Source: Eledone cirrhosa
Taxonomy: Eukaryota
Direction of reading: 5' to 3'
Length of the DNA: 64,000 bases
NCBI GenBank assembly: GCA_964016885.1
Contig: OZ024741.1
Span: 44,826,001-44,890,000 of the forward strand
Shown here: in pieces, positions 26,686 to 40,067 of the stretch
Layout: the number at the start of each line of letters is the position of its first letter
Position numbering within the stretch: the first letter of the stretch is position 1
The notes under the pieces: generated by a model
The model's database searches: none
The model's input: the letters and a program-made list of their open reading frames with translations, nothing else
What the model was told of the DNA's origin: nothing
Position numbers and translations under genes: made by a program

Positions 26686-27653
26686 GTGTGTTATTACATG
26701 TATATATATATATATATATATTTATATGTCTGTGTGTGTGTGTGTATGTGTGTGTCTGTATATGGTATGTGTGTATGTGTGTATTCATATATAGTTTTGA
26801 ATGTATGTATATATATATATATGCAAGGTAATAAAATAGCTATCAAAGAAAAAATATTTAATTACAGTTTTAATTGCATTTTGTCACTATTAATTACAGA
26901 AATTATAAATGGAGTATTGGCTTTGATGAATCTTAAGTAGTTCACAAGTCCACAACTAAGGAAGAATGATTAATGTCAAATTTAATGAACAATCATTCAG
27001 ACACAAGAGGCGCGGACATTGTTGTGTTGTTAAAGTATTAGTTACATAACTAGGTTCATGTCCAGTCACGCTAAGTAGCACCGTGTGCAAGAGCCTTCTA
27101 CTATAATGTTGGGTTAAACAATTCTTTAATCAGTAAAATTAGGCAAACTGAAAGTATTTTTGGTACATCGCAGCCAGAAGAGCAGATCGATAGTGGAGTA
27201 GGGTCCATAACTTCTATGGTGGACCTTGAGGCACTCATCTGCGAAATACGTGTAACAGGTCGATACACAATAAATATCATATACATGTAAACAAAAATTC
27301 TTCGTTTTTTTTAAATATATAAATATATATAAAAAATTCTGGACCTCGGCGGCTGAGCACCGGCCATTTCAACAGCTAGATCCGAACATATCACCCACTC
27401 TATTGGTCAAAACGTAACCTAAAATATAGGCCAGCAAATACAGTATATTGTTATTAATAATTTAGCACTAAAAAACGTGAAAAAATATCTATTTCCACGA
27501 AAAACGCGATATAAAGTCACGGAAGATATTTACGATTCTGCGAATATGCAGTGGAATCCACAATTTTTAACAAAAGAAGTTAGGTTCTAAGGAAAATTCC
27601 GCGAATTTAGGAACCGCGATTGCTGTGGCTACACCCTGTGTACATATATATAT

Positions 27654-27839
27654 AACGAAGGAAATGTGGTGAGGAACCAGGTGGACCATAACGCACCAAA
27701 GTACTCAATACTTAGGGTAGTAGAGTGGGTAATAGGAACGAGTAGCACCCCGACGGCTGAGCTCAAGCCGCCTCGATGGGTAATTCAGAATTAGCCGTCG
27801 AGGCGGCTCGAGCTCGGCCGTCGGGGTCCTACTCGTTCC

Positions 27840-27840
<1 letters not shown>
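27654..27840 (-). mobile_element. Family A fold-back copy with hairpin 27747-27827
   Basis: ACCCCGACGGC.GAGCTC.AGCCGCCTCGA...TCGAGGCGGCT.GAGCTC.GCCGTCGGGGT. Confidence 0.8.
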
Positions 27841-27870
<30 letters not shown>

Positions 27871-27981
27871 GTCGTACTAACATATAACCTCATCTTTTAC
27901 GGACCGAATCATTAATATTCCGTGACATCCAATAGATTTTAACGAAGCTATGTTTAATGATATATATATATATATATATAC

Positions 27982-28032
<51 letters not shown>

Positions 28033-28139
28033 ATAATAATAAATTTGAAGACTAAAATCCAAAGAGGGTTCGATAAGGATAAATATATATCAAATATATA
28101 AGAACCGTAGAGCAAATATTTATTAAAATATCAGATTAA

Positions 28140-28190
28140 AGTTTAAGCAAAGAATCGCTGCTTTCACCCTTAACGGGATCTTCTGAAACT
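28140..28190 (-). ncRNA. Hammerhead-like motif with CAGAAGA core
   Basis: AGTTT-CAGAAGA-tCCC-gttaa-GGGt-GAA-AGCA-gcgattctt-TGCT-T-AAACT; all three stems pair. Confidence 0.6.
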
Positions 28191-28280
28191 AACAAAGTCA
28201 ATCTGTAAACGCAGAAGTGGATATTTCAAAAAATGTTGCAACCGGAGGAAGACAGGAAGACGATACTTTGGTTCGTGGAA

Positions 28281-28539
28281 ACGTTCGCTGGCAAAGAACG
28301 GGAAAAAACGAATAAGATACGTCATTAATAGGAGCGGTGAAAAACAATTACGCGCAAAGACAGAACCACGTTTATGGTATAAAAGAGGTCGTAGACTAAT
28401 GTCCTCTTAGGTGGTTCATAGAGACGTTCTCTGGCAATGAACGAAGAAAACAAAGATAATACGTCATATGTGGAGCGTGGAGAACAATAGCACGCGAAGA
28501 CAAAACCACGTAAATGGTATAGCAGAAGTCGTAGACTAA
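28281..28539. repeat. Diverged ~140-bp tandem duplication in the PLE 3' region
   Basis: ACGTTC.CTGGCAA...GTCGTAGACTAA occurs twice. Confidence 0.8.
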
Positions 28540-30120
28540 AATTCTAACTAGGAGACCGAATGAATCTCCGCTAAAGAGTTAAGAACAAAGTAAATAAATA
28601 CAATACAGAAGTAATAGAAATGAATAAATACATACACGCAAACAAATACATACATACACAAGCATACGCAAAACACTTACCATAGGTAAACAAAACCACG
28701 CACATATAAATATGTGTGTGTGTGTATGCGTGTATACAAATAAATAAATAATTATATAAACGTATATAAATAAATACGTATATAACAAGTGCACACACAT
28801 ACCTACATGTAAATACACGAAAGTTCGGAGACGTAAGTCATCCAAAACATGAAGTACGCATATACACATACGCTACATACGTACGAACCTGCATACTCAC
28901 ACAGACGCAAAATTCCCGTATACACATAGCCAAATCATATGTACCAGAATAAAAAAATTATACGCCATAACATAAACAATCAAATATACGTACGAGAAGG
29001 TATACGTACCTTCACGAAACATACGGGTAATATATACTTACCTATGCAAATAAGTAATGGTATAAACAAAACATATACTTAGCTCCCACATCAAGACGTA
29101 AAATATCCACGTATAGATCGTACTATCCGTTAGGGTATAACGTGGGGCTGTAATACAGGAAAGTTTTGTGCAATTTATGTTTACAAGCCGAAATTGCCTC
29201 AGATTTTTTGTTTAAGATGTGGTCTGTGGTGTAGAGTATTTCCAGGGCCTCAGCGGCGCAGAGGTCACATGGTCTTTTATTTCTGTTTTACGATCTAGCC
29301 CTAGCTAGGATCTCAAAGTGTAACTTATATTGGGTGTGGTTGTCTTTTAGACTCCAGATATAAGCTGAAAGTGATGTCATATTCCTTCTTAGAGGGTAAC
29401 GAAAAGAATGGGTATGCGTGTAAAGACGCTGCTTGAATCTATTGGCGGTTAACCCTATGTACGCCCTACGGGAGGTGGGTGTTACAACCTTACATTTTTA
29501 GACAGTGTTACTAGAGAGGCATTTCCCGGATAGGGGGCAATCAAACCGATTCCTACAATTACAGTTAGTACTAACTACAGGGTTGCACGTGTTCCTACGG
29601 CTAGGTAGTTTAGCTAAATTTGAAGCTGTGATGTTATGTGCAAGGTTAGGAGTCGTAGAGTAAGAAATTTTAATAGTATTTCTATTAAAAATGTTACTAT
29701 ACTTATGTGGAGGGGGAAAATGCTTCGTAATAAGGGAAAGAAAGATCTTAGCTAATGGTGTGGCCGCCTCCATATTATATGGTGGGTTATACCAACAAAT
29801 GCGACGGGATCTATTTCTTCTAGGTCTATTATCGTACTCTGTATATGCTACCTTATCGACAAATCCACTTCGAGCAAGAGCTTCATTGTAATAAGTGGAA
29901 TGGTCGTTGAAAATACGCTCGTTGGTGGAAAGACGGGAAAGCCTCAACGAAACGTTTCTTACCAGGTTCTTGGTTATGCTGGCAGGATGGTTGGAATGCT
30001 TACTTATGTAATTAAGCGTATCATTCGGCTTTCTATACGGGTAATACAACCCATTCAATAAATTGAGGGTTGCAACATTTTTTGAAATATCCACTTCTGC
30101 GTTTACAGATTGACTTTGTT

Positions 30121-30171
30121 AGTTTCAGAAGATCCCGTTAAGGGTGAAAGCAGCGATTCTTTGCTTAAACT
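30121..30171 (+). ncRNA. Hammerhead-like motif with CAGAAGA core (mirror of 28140-28190)
   Basis: Same sequence in the inverted arm. Confidence 0.6.
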
Positions 30172-30187
30172 TTAATCTGTTATTTTA

Positions 30188-30277
<90 letters not shown>

Positions 30278-32349
30278 CATTAAACATAGCTTTGTTAAAA
30301 TCTACTGGAAGTCACGGAATATTAATGATTCGGTCCGTAAAAGATGGGGTTATATGTTAGTACGACAGTTCAACGTGCAATACTTCCAGGTGCTACTACA
30401 GACTATCTGTCGATATTCCTACTCACGCATTCGAAGAATATAGTTGCACGATTTACCTGTTACTACAAACAGGTTTATGAAATATCAGCTATTGACTAAA
30501 TTTAATTTAACAACTAAATCTAATTTTCACGGACTGAAATATATTCTTTGAATATTCCAAATCGATCATATTGATTACCAACTAATCAAAAAATCAAACT
30601 AATAGGCTAATGTCATATACGAAATAAATATCCTAGAGCTGTGAAATTGTAGAAAACACTAGAGATATGGATTAAATATATTTTAATGTTATCTAGCTTT
30701 CTCTGTAGGAGTATCGTGTTTATAAGCTATATAACTGGAGGAGTAAGCGATTGTGCTTTCCTTGCCCTAGTGATCGATAAAAACGCAATAATACTTATAC
30801 TGCGGCAATTTCAGATATCTACTCATAAATCCATGTAAAATATATTGACTATATGCTTCGTGTAAGTGGATCGATATTTATGATATTGAGGTGAATATTG
30901 CCGTTATGTAAGAGGCATGTTCCAGTAGAACCGTGTCTCTGACGTATGTTATTCACATGGTTTGTGCTAGACGCCTTGTATTTAAATTGTCTATTTATTT
31001 CCTATCACATTTAGTGAAATATATCATCGTTTGTTTCGGGTTTTCAAAGAACGCATCACATTCTCTGCATGTATGATAACGAGTCTAACAAATGTGTTTA
31101 TATATTTCGAATGTGTAAAATGTCTCGGAAACTGGAAAACGTTTTAACTGACGATATGTATTCGATAAAAGATACACGTATACTAAAACACACATAAACA
31201 TACGTGCGAAACACACGCACATATATAACTAGATGTTTTCAAAAGCTCTCCCTATATGGCACCTTTAGCAAGATTTAACTACCCTATTCTTAGTTCAACG
31301 GATTATTTGCGCGCGAAAATTCCTTCACCAAATATATGAGGAAGGTTGTCAGACTACATGCTCGTTTCGATAGTTGTAACACTTATTCTATTCCGTCACT
31401 TGATTTAAAACAACTTATCATGGATATTTAATATAGTCTTCAATATTAAAACATCACAGCCATATTTACTATATGGGCTTAAAATCCTCCCTTTCTGCCA
31501 TTTAACTAGCTGGCTTTGAAGGAATCCATTTGATCTCTTCGTTCTCCCATGTATTAAATATTAAAATATCGACCAGTATATCTTGACACCTTCGTTATTC
31601 TCTGAGGTTTTTAGTCTTCAATCATCAAATCTTAACAATTGTAACCTATTGAGGTTTGGAGGAAGAGAGTGAACATAATTTCTCTCTCTTCTAAAAAGCA
31701 ATAAAAAGAATACTGATTAATGAAAAAAAGCCTACAACGCACTTCATATTTCTTCAAAATAGGTTTTTTTTCCCTTAATCATCAGAACCCATATCTCATG
31801 ACACACAAATGTATATCCTTGAAAGAATGTTATCAAATATTTTATGCAAAAGTCATCAACTGATTCAGATGATATTATGTTTCCTTTTTATCTTTAATAA
31901 TATCTTCTTTATTCTCTTTATATCAAACACATATACAAGAAAGTAGATATTTCTGTATGTTAAAGATGACACATATTTACATATTTAATACTTTTTCTTA
32001 TCAGCATCCAATTGAAGACATTTCATGTAAAATATATGCTTTCCTTTCCCTGGGGAAATCGAAGCTGCATATTTCAAGGAAGCATATTTTCAGGCTCATG
32101 TATATATTTCTATTCATTTCAGAATCTACAGGAAGGAATGCTTCAAGCCATATAACTGACAGCTATTTTGCGATTTTCACTCATACTTGTTCTGTTATGA
32201 TAAATATCACAATTACTTTGGATCTATGAGACATGGTTTTGATGCAATGAAACAAAACAAAAAAGTTATTTGCTTTAATTGTTTGTGTGACACGGGTTTT
32301 AGGAGGTGTTTCGATGCATAAGAGAAAGAAATTGTCTTTATGTATGTAT

Positions 32350-32860
32350 GTCGGGTCACTCTTGAGTGCTACTGGTAACATGTAACCCAGTACAACCTGT
32401 CGCATAGTCAGGTCGTCGGCCTCTAAACCGTGATTTTGGACACCCTGCAGGACAAAAACAAAACCTGACAAAGGGCGGAAGAACTCATAAGAGTCAACGG
32501 CCATCCAAAAGTGAGTAAATATGTATATACACATGTACATCGCGGTTAAACCACTGGCAGTGAAGGACCACTAGCCTTTATCAGGGCATTCTTCTAGGAG
32601 AAGGCAACTCAGGAAACTGGGATAACTCCCACATAAAACCTGCGGTTCAGTAGTTACCGAGGATGTTGATCTTTTCTTCTTTTCGGGTTATAGCAACTGT
32701 CGCTCAGAGAGTGGGATTGACTCAATGCACAGTCTTTCTTCACTTTAAAAAAATATTTGCGCATAGGCATTGCACGATGGAATTAATTAATAATTACTAA
32801 TAATGGCATATATTGCAATGACCATACTCGATAACGAGGGGGCAGCCATCATCTATGTAT
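32350..32860 (+). mobile_element. Short non-autonomous RTE-tailed element
   Basis: Ends with the same 3' tail as the RTE LINE plus (TGTA)n. The 5' part resembles an RTE 5'UTR (CTAGGAGAAGGCAACTC). Confidence 0.6.
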
Positions 32861-33640
32861 GTGTGAACATATGTATATTTTCTCTGGGTATGTGTATATA
32901 TATATGTGTGTGGGTGTGTGCGGGATTGTTTGTGCCCGCGTTTGTATGTATGCATATATATAAATAAATAATGTTTATAAAACCCTTTAAACTTATAAAT
33001 AATTCATTTATATTTTATTATATCTTATTTATTTATTTATAAGGAAAAACTTGCGGTTTATACAGCTACCAATAACCTTTTTTTTTTCTTTTGAGAAATG
33101 CTCTCTGGAAAAAAATCCTCTTGAATCTGCTTTTCATTGTTTTTTTTGTTTTTTCTTGTTGAGACTTAGAGAGCAGCATGTGTGTATCACAAGCACATTT
33201 TGCTTTGATCTCCCTCAAATCCTGCTGCAATGGGGAAGCTGTGAAGTATACTAACCTAATGAGTTTGAGGAATACTGATGTTAATCTACACGCAGGTTGT
33301 TTAAGGTTTATCTAATCTTGTTGCCAGTTTTCGAAATCGGAACTGACTTGGGCCGTGTCGTTTGTTACTGAACAGCCCTTTCAAGGGAAAACAGTGCTCA
33401 CCGAAATGTGTGCACGGGCCTAGAAAAGGTGTCCCCAAAATTGTCTGTTCCACCATCAAACTGCACAACCACTTGCGGTCGGCGGTTGTCCGTATCGGCA
33501 GGAACAAAACATGGAGAAAAATGATAATTTTCATAAGAATTTTCAGAAGGATAGAGTTATATTGAAAATTGCTACATGAAATGTTAGAACACTTTTGGAC
33601 AGGGAATCATTCATTAATCCAGAAAACAGAACTACTATTG

Positions 33641-33696
33641 AAGTGAAGCAACTGGTGCGTGTGTTTCTTGTTGGCAACATGACCCTACCAAAGTAT
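33641..33696 (+). mobile_element. 56-bp family B terminal fragment with 16-bp flanking direct repeat
   Basis: AACAGAACTACTATTG at 33625-33640 and 33697-33712; the insert matches ~647-705. Confidence 0.9.
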
Positions 33697-33981
33697 AACA
33701 GAACTACTATTGTTGGCAGAGAATTGAGAAGATATAATATTGATATAGCTGCAGTCTCTGAAACTCGTCTTAGTGGGGAAGGTCAGAAATGGGTGCTTTC
33801 TATGTAAGAGTAATGTAAGAGTAATGTGTGGCGACAAACACCTATACTTGGTATGATGGAAGTGCAGATCAGAGGAAATGTGAGGCCAGCAGCGGTACAA
33901 CTGCCAAGACGTATAGATGTGTCCACAATTCGGAGTTTAGTAATGCTAGGGGCTTTTGTAACAGCGACCGGAATATATAAT

Positions 33982-34545
33982 TGTTTCTACATTTGGCACA
34001 AGGCCAGAAATTACTCAGTACATTACTGGTACTTTATTTTATCTATCGATCCAAGGATGAAAGAAAAAGTTAACCTCGATGGTTTTTAACTCAGTCCATA
34101 AAGGGACGTAACTCTATGCTGGAAAGCATGGCGTCAGACTTTCTACCGATACTTCCAATCCACCGCCCTTCGTTTCTACTTTTGGCACTAGGCCAGAGAT
34201 TACCCCACTGTATTACTGGTGCATTATTTGATCGACCCCATAAGGATGAAAGGCAAAGTTAACCACGGCGGATTTGAACTCAGAACCTAAAGCGCCATAA
34301 CTCTATGCTGCAAAGCATGGTTTCTGACATTCTACCGATACTGCCAATCCACCGACCGGAATATATAATTGTTTCTGCTTTTGGCACAAGGCCAGCAATT
34401 ACCCAGTGGTACTTTATTTTATCGACCCCGTAAGGATGAAAGGCAAAGTTAACCTCGGCGGGATTTGAACTCAGAATGGCAAGGGCCGTAACTATATCCG
34501 TCAAAGCATGGCGTCCGACCCTCTACCGATACTGCCAATCCACCG
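33982..34545 (-). mobile_element. Three tandem tRNA-derived SINE copies
   Basis: Repeated unit TTGGCAC.AGGCCAG...TAAGGATGAAAG...CCAATCCACCG. Confidence 0.9.
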
Positions 34546-35312
34546 GAATATATAATACAGCACAATAAGGCCCGGTTCTGTACCATAGATCTCAAATGTG
34601 GCACCGTTAAACTCAAAAGATGGAAACGTCTCCATCAAATATCCAGCAGGAGTCATGAGTCACTTATAATATCTATTTGATAATCCATCTCTAGTTGATG
34701 AGGAAACTATTAATGGACTGCCACAAAACGAGACTGTGACAGAGATGATGATTGATTCTAACATTGATTAGGTAATGTCTACTATCAAAGAAATAGATAT
34801 AGAGAAATACCCAGGTTTGGATGGAGAACCTGTTGAGCTGATCCGATTTGGAGGAGATTATGATGTTACAGTCATTCACCGGCTAGTTGTGTCTCTATGG
34901 CAAGGTGAGCCTATCCCACAAGACTGTACAAGGAGTTCAAGGGTAAATGCAGGGGTTATCGTGGTATAGGTTTGCTGGAATCGATAGGAAAATTCTCATT
35001 CAAGGTATTGAATTGTATCTGTTATGGTGCTATCCCTGAGACATAATGTAGATTCAGGACTGGGTAATATGGACGAATTTCTCAGCTCACCTGTATGTTT
35101 TGAGCAGCGAGTGCTACTATACTAATTATTTGTGGACTTTACTCAAGACTTATATACTGTTAATCCTCTTGCATTGTGGGTCATATTATTTAATCATTCT
35201 ATCGTTTGGTGAAAAAAGAACTAGGGTCCGAAATGTTAAGACAATTTTCCTATCATTTCAAGCGTTAAACCAATATATTTTTCATTGTACTATGTCGTTT
35301 CCTTTGTCATGC

Positions 35313-35401
<89 letters not shown>

Positions 35402-36062
35402 TACATATATATAAACATATATATGTGTGTGTCTGAGTGTGTGTGTGTGTGTGTGTGTGTGTTTTAATCTAAACATTTAAGTAGATCATTTCTTCAGTGG
35501 AGGACTGAACATACAAGATGTAGAGAGTTTCAATCTTGAGAAAGTTTAAGTCATCTGCATAAAGTGTTGCAGGAAAATTAAGGCGTTCAACACATGAATG
35601 AGACTGTGGTGATGATGCTATATGCACTAATGGACCATATCCCATCCAATGTAAGTCCATTCATATGATTGACAATGTTCCTATCAGCAACAATCCTGAT
35701 GGGGCACATACCACCGATGGTGATGTTCAGAGACACAACAGACTCACTGAAAGACGTCGGGTGTTTGTTGAATGTCAAGAAGTGGTGGGGATGAATGAGG
35801 CAAAGTTGTTACAGAAATTATTACATTTAGTGATTTCATACTTGATTAAATAAATAAAAAAGATTTTTCACTGTTTAATATTGGCAGCAATGTTTTCACG
35901 CCGCTTTTGAAACTCTTTCTCATCTTAGTTGCATAGCATCCACACGTTTGTTTAAGTTCCCCATGTATCATTTATCATACCATCTGCCACAGCCCACTGA
36001 AAATACGACTAACTTTTACTCCCTTTGACGTATTTTTTTCAGTTCCAGCGTTTTTTCCCGAG

Positions 36063-36551
36063 TGGTGCATAGTCCGCTTGGTACCAAGTCCCCTTGGTGC
36101 ATAGTCCGCTTGGTACATAGTCCCCTTGGTACATAGTCTGCTTGGTACATATTCTGCTTGGTACATAGTCTGCTTGGTACATAGTCTCCTTGGTACATAG
36201 TCCGCTTGGTGCATAGTCTGCTTCGTTCATAGTCCTGTTGGTACATAGTCCTCTTGATTTATTGTCTACTTGGTACATAGTCCTCTTGGTACATAGTCCT
36301 CTTGGTACATAGTGCTATTAGTTCATAGTCTACTTGGTACATAGTCCTCTTGGTTCATAGTCCTCTTGGTTCATAGTCCTCTTGGTATATAGTCCTCTTG
36401 GTACATAGTCTACTTGATGCATAGTCCTCTTGGTACATAGTCTCCTTGTTGCATAGTCTGCTTGATGCATAGTCTGCTTGGTTCATAGTTTCTTGATGCA
36501 TAGTCTGCTTGGTACATGGTCCTTTTGGTGCATTGTCTCCTTGGTACATAG
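36063..36551. repeat. 16-bp minisatellite (~30 units, CTTGGTACATAGTCCT)
   Basis: Directly visible tandem array. Confidence 0.95.
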
Positions 36552-37959
36552 CTTGCTTTTTGAGTTACGCCGTGATTTTTCTGCCATCGATGTCCCGATC
36601 CATCTGATTGATACTGAATGTCTACCAGTTTAACAATGGCTAGAAATACAAGTTTTGCACAACGAAATGACCAGCGTTAGCTGAGAGATTTTGAATTCAG
36701 TACGCAATGAAGAACTTATGCAGTGAGTGATTGCGTCAGACGATATATCAATTCTGCCAATACATTTCTCTAGAGGCTACAGATTCTGCTACCTCACGGT
36801 CATCCTGCAGGACCACTAAACCTCTTGTGGTATTTCTTCACGATCAGAAGTGTCCATGCTCTACATGAACTAAATTATTTTTACCAGGCTATATTATTTT
36901 TAGAAAGGACGTTGTTACATTCCAACTGTCTTTATTTCTACTAAAAAAGATATGGATGCTATATGCTGTAGATCCTCCACAATTTTGAAATATGATTTAC
37001 TATATTAGATACAATGTACCATCATTTGGTACTATGCTAGCCACTTTTGAACGCGTGCTAGTTACAGCTATGCTTTTGTTTGTATCCGTGTATCATCATT
37101 AATTTTGTCAATTTATTTAGAAAGAAAAGTACGTTTACCGAGCACAATGTTTATTTATTTCCAAATATTGTCATCACTCATATCAATTTATGGTATTAAA
37201 AAATAGTGCTTTTTTTTAATATCGAACATATCATAACAATTATTCATGAAAGAAAGTCTAAAAAGTCGATATAAAAAAGCAGAATTATGCTTATTAGTTT
37301 TAAATATATTTCATTGCAGCGTCACATGTTAGTTATATATAGGGTATATTTAGAAAGATACTTAACTCTAGGATGAACAATTCCAACTACTATTTATTTC
37401 CTTATATCAAAGTCTTTGAATTGCCTTTAGCATTTGCAACGTATTGCATTTTAATATTTTTTTTGTGCAAACTGGAATATTCTATCAAAGTGTTTCCTGA
37501 ATATACTTAGGCACTGCGTCATTGGATGTTTTGTTCCCATGAAGGATGTCAGCTTGCTATGAATAAAAAAATTGCTGATTTCTATAACATTTCCTATTCA
37601 AAAATTCATACTCGTCACTAAGATAAATAATATTTCAATTTAGAATAATGATTCTTGGTAGCATACCAATTCCTTAGTAATATAATATTGTCAATACATG
37701 ATTTGTGAAGTTTTCTACACTCTATAAAATACTGTTCAAAGGGGAGCCATGTCTACAAACCAGAAGATATATTTAATCTTATACGGACAGATACACAAAT
37801 ACAAGCATGCATATGTATGAGCATATATTTGCGGGAGCGCAGAGCATGGCTTGCCTATATGTCCGCAGCTTTCTGTGTATGTGTAAGATAAAATAATTTT
37901 ATGCGAACACACATTTATGTGTTCCTTGCATTCTTTTTACCCCGCACCCCGCTCTCTCC

Positions 37960-38025
<66 letters not shown>

Positions 38026-39029
38026 TTCTCAACACACACATACACACACGTATATATATATATATATATTCTTTGTTCATACGATCATACGATCGTATTA
38101 TTTCCAGAAGCATTATTGAAAGCTATACCAATTCAAATCATTCAAAAACAACTAATACTGTGATTCTTTTAAAGTACATTGTATGTTCTCTGTGTTATAG
38201 TCAAGGGTGTCTTTGTATTTTCTGAATATCAAAGCTAGTACCCAATGCATTTAATGTCGTTTTCTACATTACTAATATTCGGTTCTCCGCCCACTCTCTC
38301 TATATATAGCAAAATATCTCTACAATTTCTCCAAATTCTTTCATCTATTTTTTCTCTTTTTGAAACACTATAACTTCTTTCACCAGTCATCCCCTTTGCT
38401 TCCAGTTTTGCGTAAAATTGAAGATGTAAGATACATTTCCCGTATATAGGTACGTTATTGAACTTAGAATGTGAAATATTTTATTGCGTGCAAATGTTTG
38501 GTAGAAAAAGATAGAATAGATTATGTGACAATGTGACCAAACTAAGTTAGATACTTAAAGGAAATGCTAAACTGTATACTTTTCATCAAATATCATGTGT
38601 TTTCCATTTATTGCCTAAACCAGTTTTAGATATATCAAGTGGTTATCTATTTACCACCGCCATTTGCAAAGGATTGCCTAGTAAAATGAGAATGTTGTCT
38701 GATATGCCTACATTTCAATAGTTAGCGAGACACCAACCACAAATATTTATGGCACTAATCATCTGGTAGAATTGGAGGCGACATTTAAGCCTTCATCACT
38801 ATGTGCCCTTAATAAACGTTAACAATTTAACTCTGAAAAGCAGAAGTAAAATATAAATATACGTAATTAAAGGCTGGCGGATTTCTGAAACCCTATGTGT
38901 GGTGTCGTATATGATATGATATTGAAATATTATTGAGTCAGGTTATACCTGCTACTAGGTTATGATATGTTGAACCTAGCAAACATTAAAATAACACATT
39001 TAAATGAGTAGACATGTCACACTCGATAA

Positions 39030-39760
39030 TCTGTTCATTGAACAAGGGCTTGGTAACAGTAAAATGCAAATACGGATCCGAAGATAAAGGCGAACAGGCT
39101 TTCCTCTTCTGTTTGTTTTTCTCGGAATTCTGTCCACAGATACGCTGAGGAAACAAGCCACAATAAACGGACGTTTTCTAACGTGAAAAATAGCAGCAAG
39201 TAATTATGAGACAGGAAAATATTCTTAGGCTGCTTTAACTCTGTGAATAAGTGGTGGAGAACATATGATAGATAATGGCCCTAAAATATGTTTTATTTCA
39301 GCTGTAAACCAACATAAATGTTGTGCACAAAACCCATTAAAATCGGTAATACATTGAGTAGAGATTTATACCAGAAAATGCTCTATAATACTTGAGGATC
39401 TGTCATCTAAATCTCAATCATGCGATTACAGTGATGGAGAAGTGGACAAATTACACCAGATTCTAGGAAAACGATTGAAAAACAAATAAAACATACATAG
39501 TTATTATTCAAGCGGACTGGATATGTTATTAAGGATAGTAGGGAAAACAGGTGTTAAATTTCGTTTGGAAATACGTAACAACAAGTATAAATTTTATATG
39601 GATTGGAAAACACCCAAATCTTGAAGAAGAATAAGATAGCATTTCTCCTGTGGGTTAGGTAATAAAGAAATCGATTTTATTCTCATCTCCCAAAAGATAT
39701 CCATACAGTATAAATGGAAAGAAAACATGTTTTCATTTAGACCTTTATAAAAATGATATC
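39030..39760 (+). mobile_element. Highly decayed LINE AP-endonuclease remnant
   Basis: Patches translate as DYSDGEVDKL and IIQADW. Confidence 0.4.
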
Positions 39761-39856
39761 AAATATTTGCTTAAATCGGTCAAGAAGAATCATTATACAA
39801 GGAGCATTTATAACACAAATGGAAAATTCACCTCATTATTATTAAATTGAAAACAG

Positions 39857-40067
39857 CAGTGGATTGGTAGTATCGGTAGAGCGTAGGACACCAAGCTTTG
39901 CAGCATATAGTTCTGAGCCTTTACGGTCTGAATTCAAATCCCATCGAGTTTAGCTTTGCCTTTCATCGATAACATAAATCACCAGTAATGCACTGGGGTC
40001 GATTTAATCGACTTTCTTCTTCCCCTAAAATTGTTGGCCTTGTGCCTAAACCAGAAACACTTATTAT
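39857..40067 (+). mobile_element. tRNA-derived SINE
   Basis: Same family as 13568-13750. Confidence 0.85.

Larger units (their letters stand above)
28118..30195 (-). mobile_element. Penelope-like element, 5'-truncated, with inverted pLTR copy at its 5' end
   Basis: ORF ~29150-30068: YYPYRKPND, HSNHP, WYNPPY, CNCRNRFDCPLSGKCL, YIG, CDLCAAE. 28118-28243 is the inverse of 30068-30195. Confidence 0.95.
27870..30367. repeat. Outer inverted repeat pair (~27870-27960 / ~30277-30367)
   Basis: GTCGTACTAACATATAAC...TTTAATGA versus TCATTAAA...GTTATATGTTAGTACGAC. Confidence 0.85.
33300..35140 (+). mobile_element. Older RTE LINE remnant, interrupted by SINEs and a family B fragment
   Basis: LKIAT*NVRTLLDR, RELRRYNIDIAAVSETRLSGEGQ, PGLDGEPVELIRFGG, LWQGEPIPQD. 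Confidence 0.85.

Noticed and set aside
35975-36549. Repetitive ORFs or CRISPR-like array
   Set aside because: A 16-bp tandem repeat without unique spacers, in eukaryotic DNA.
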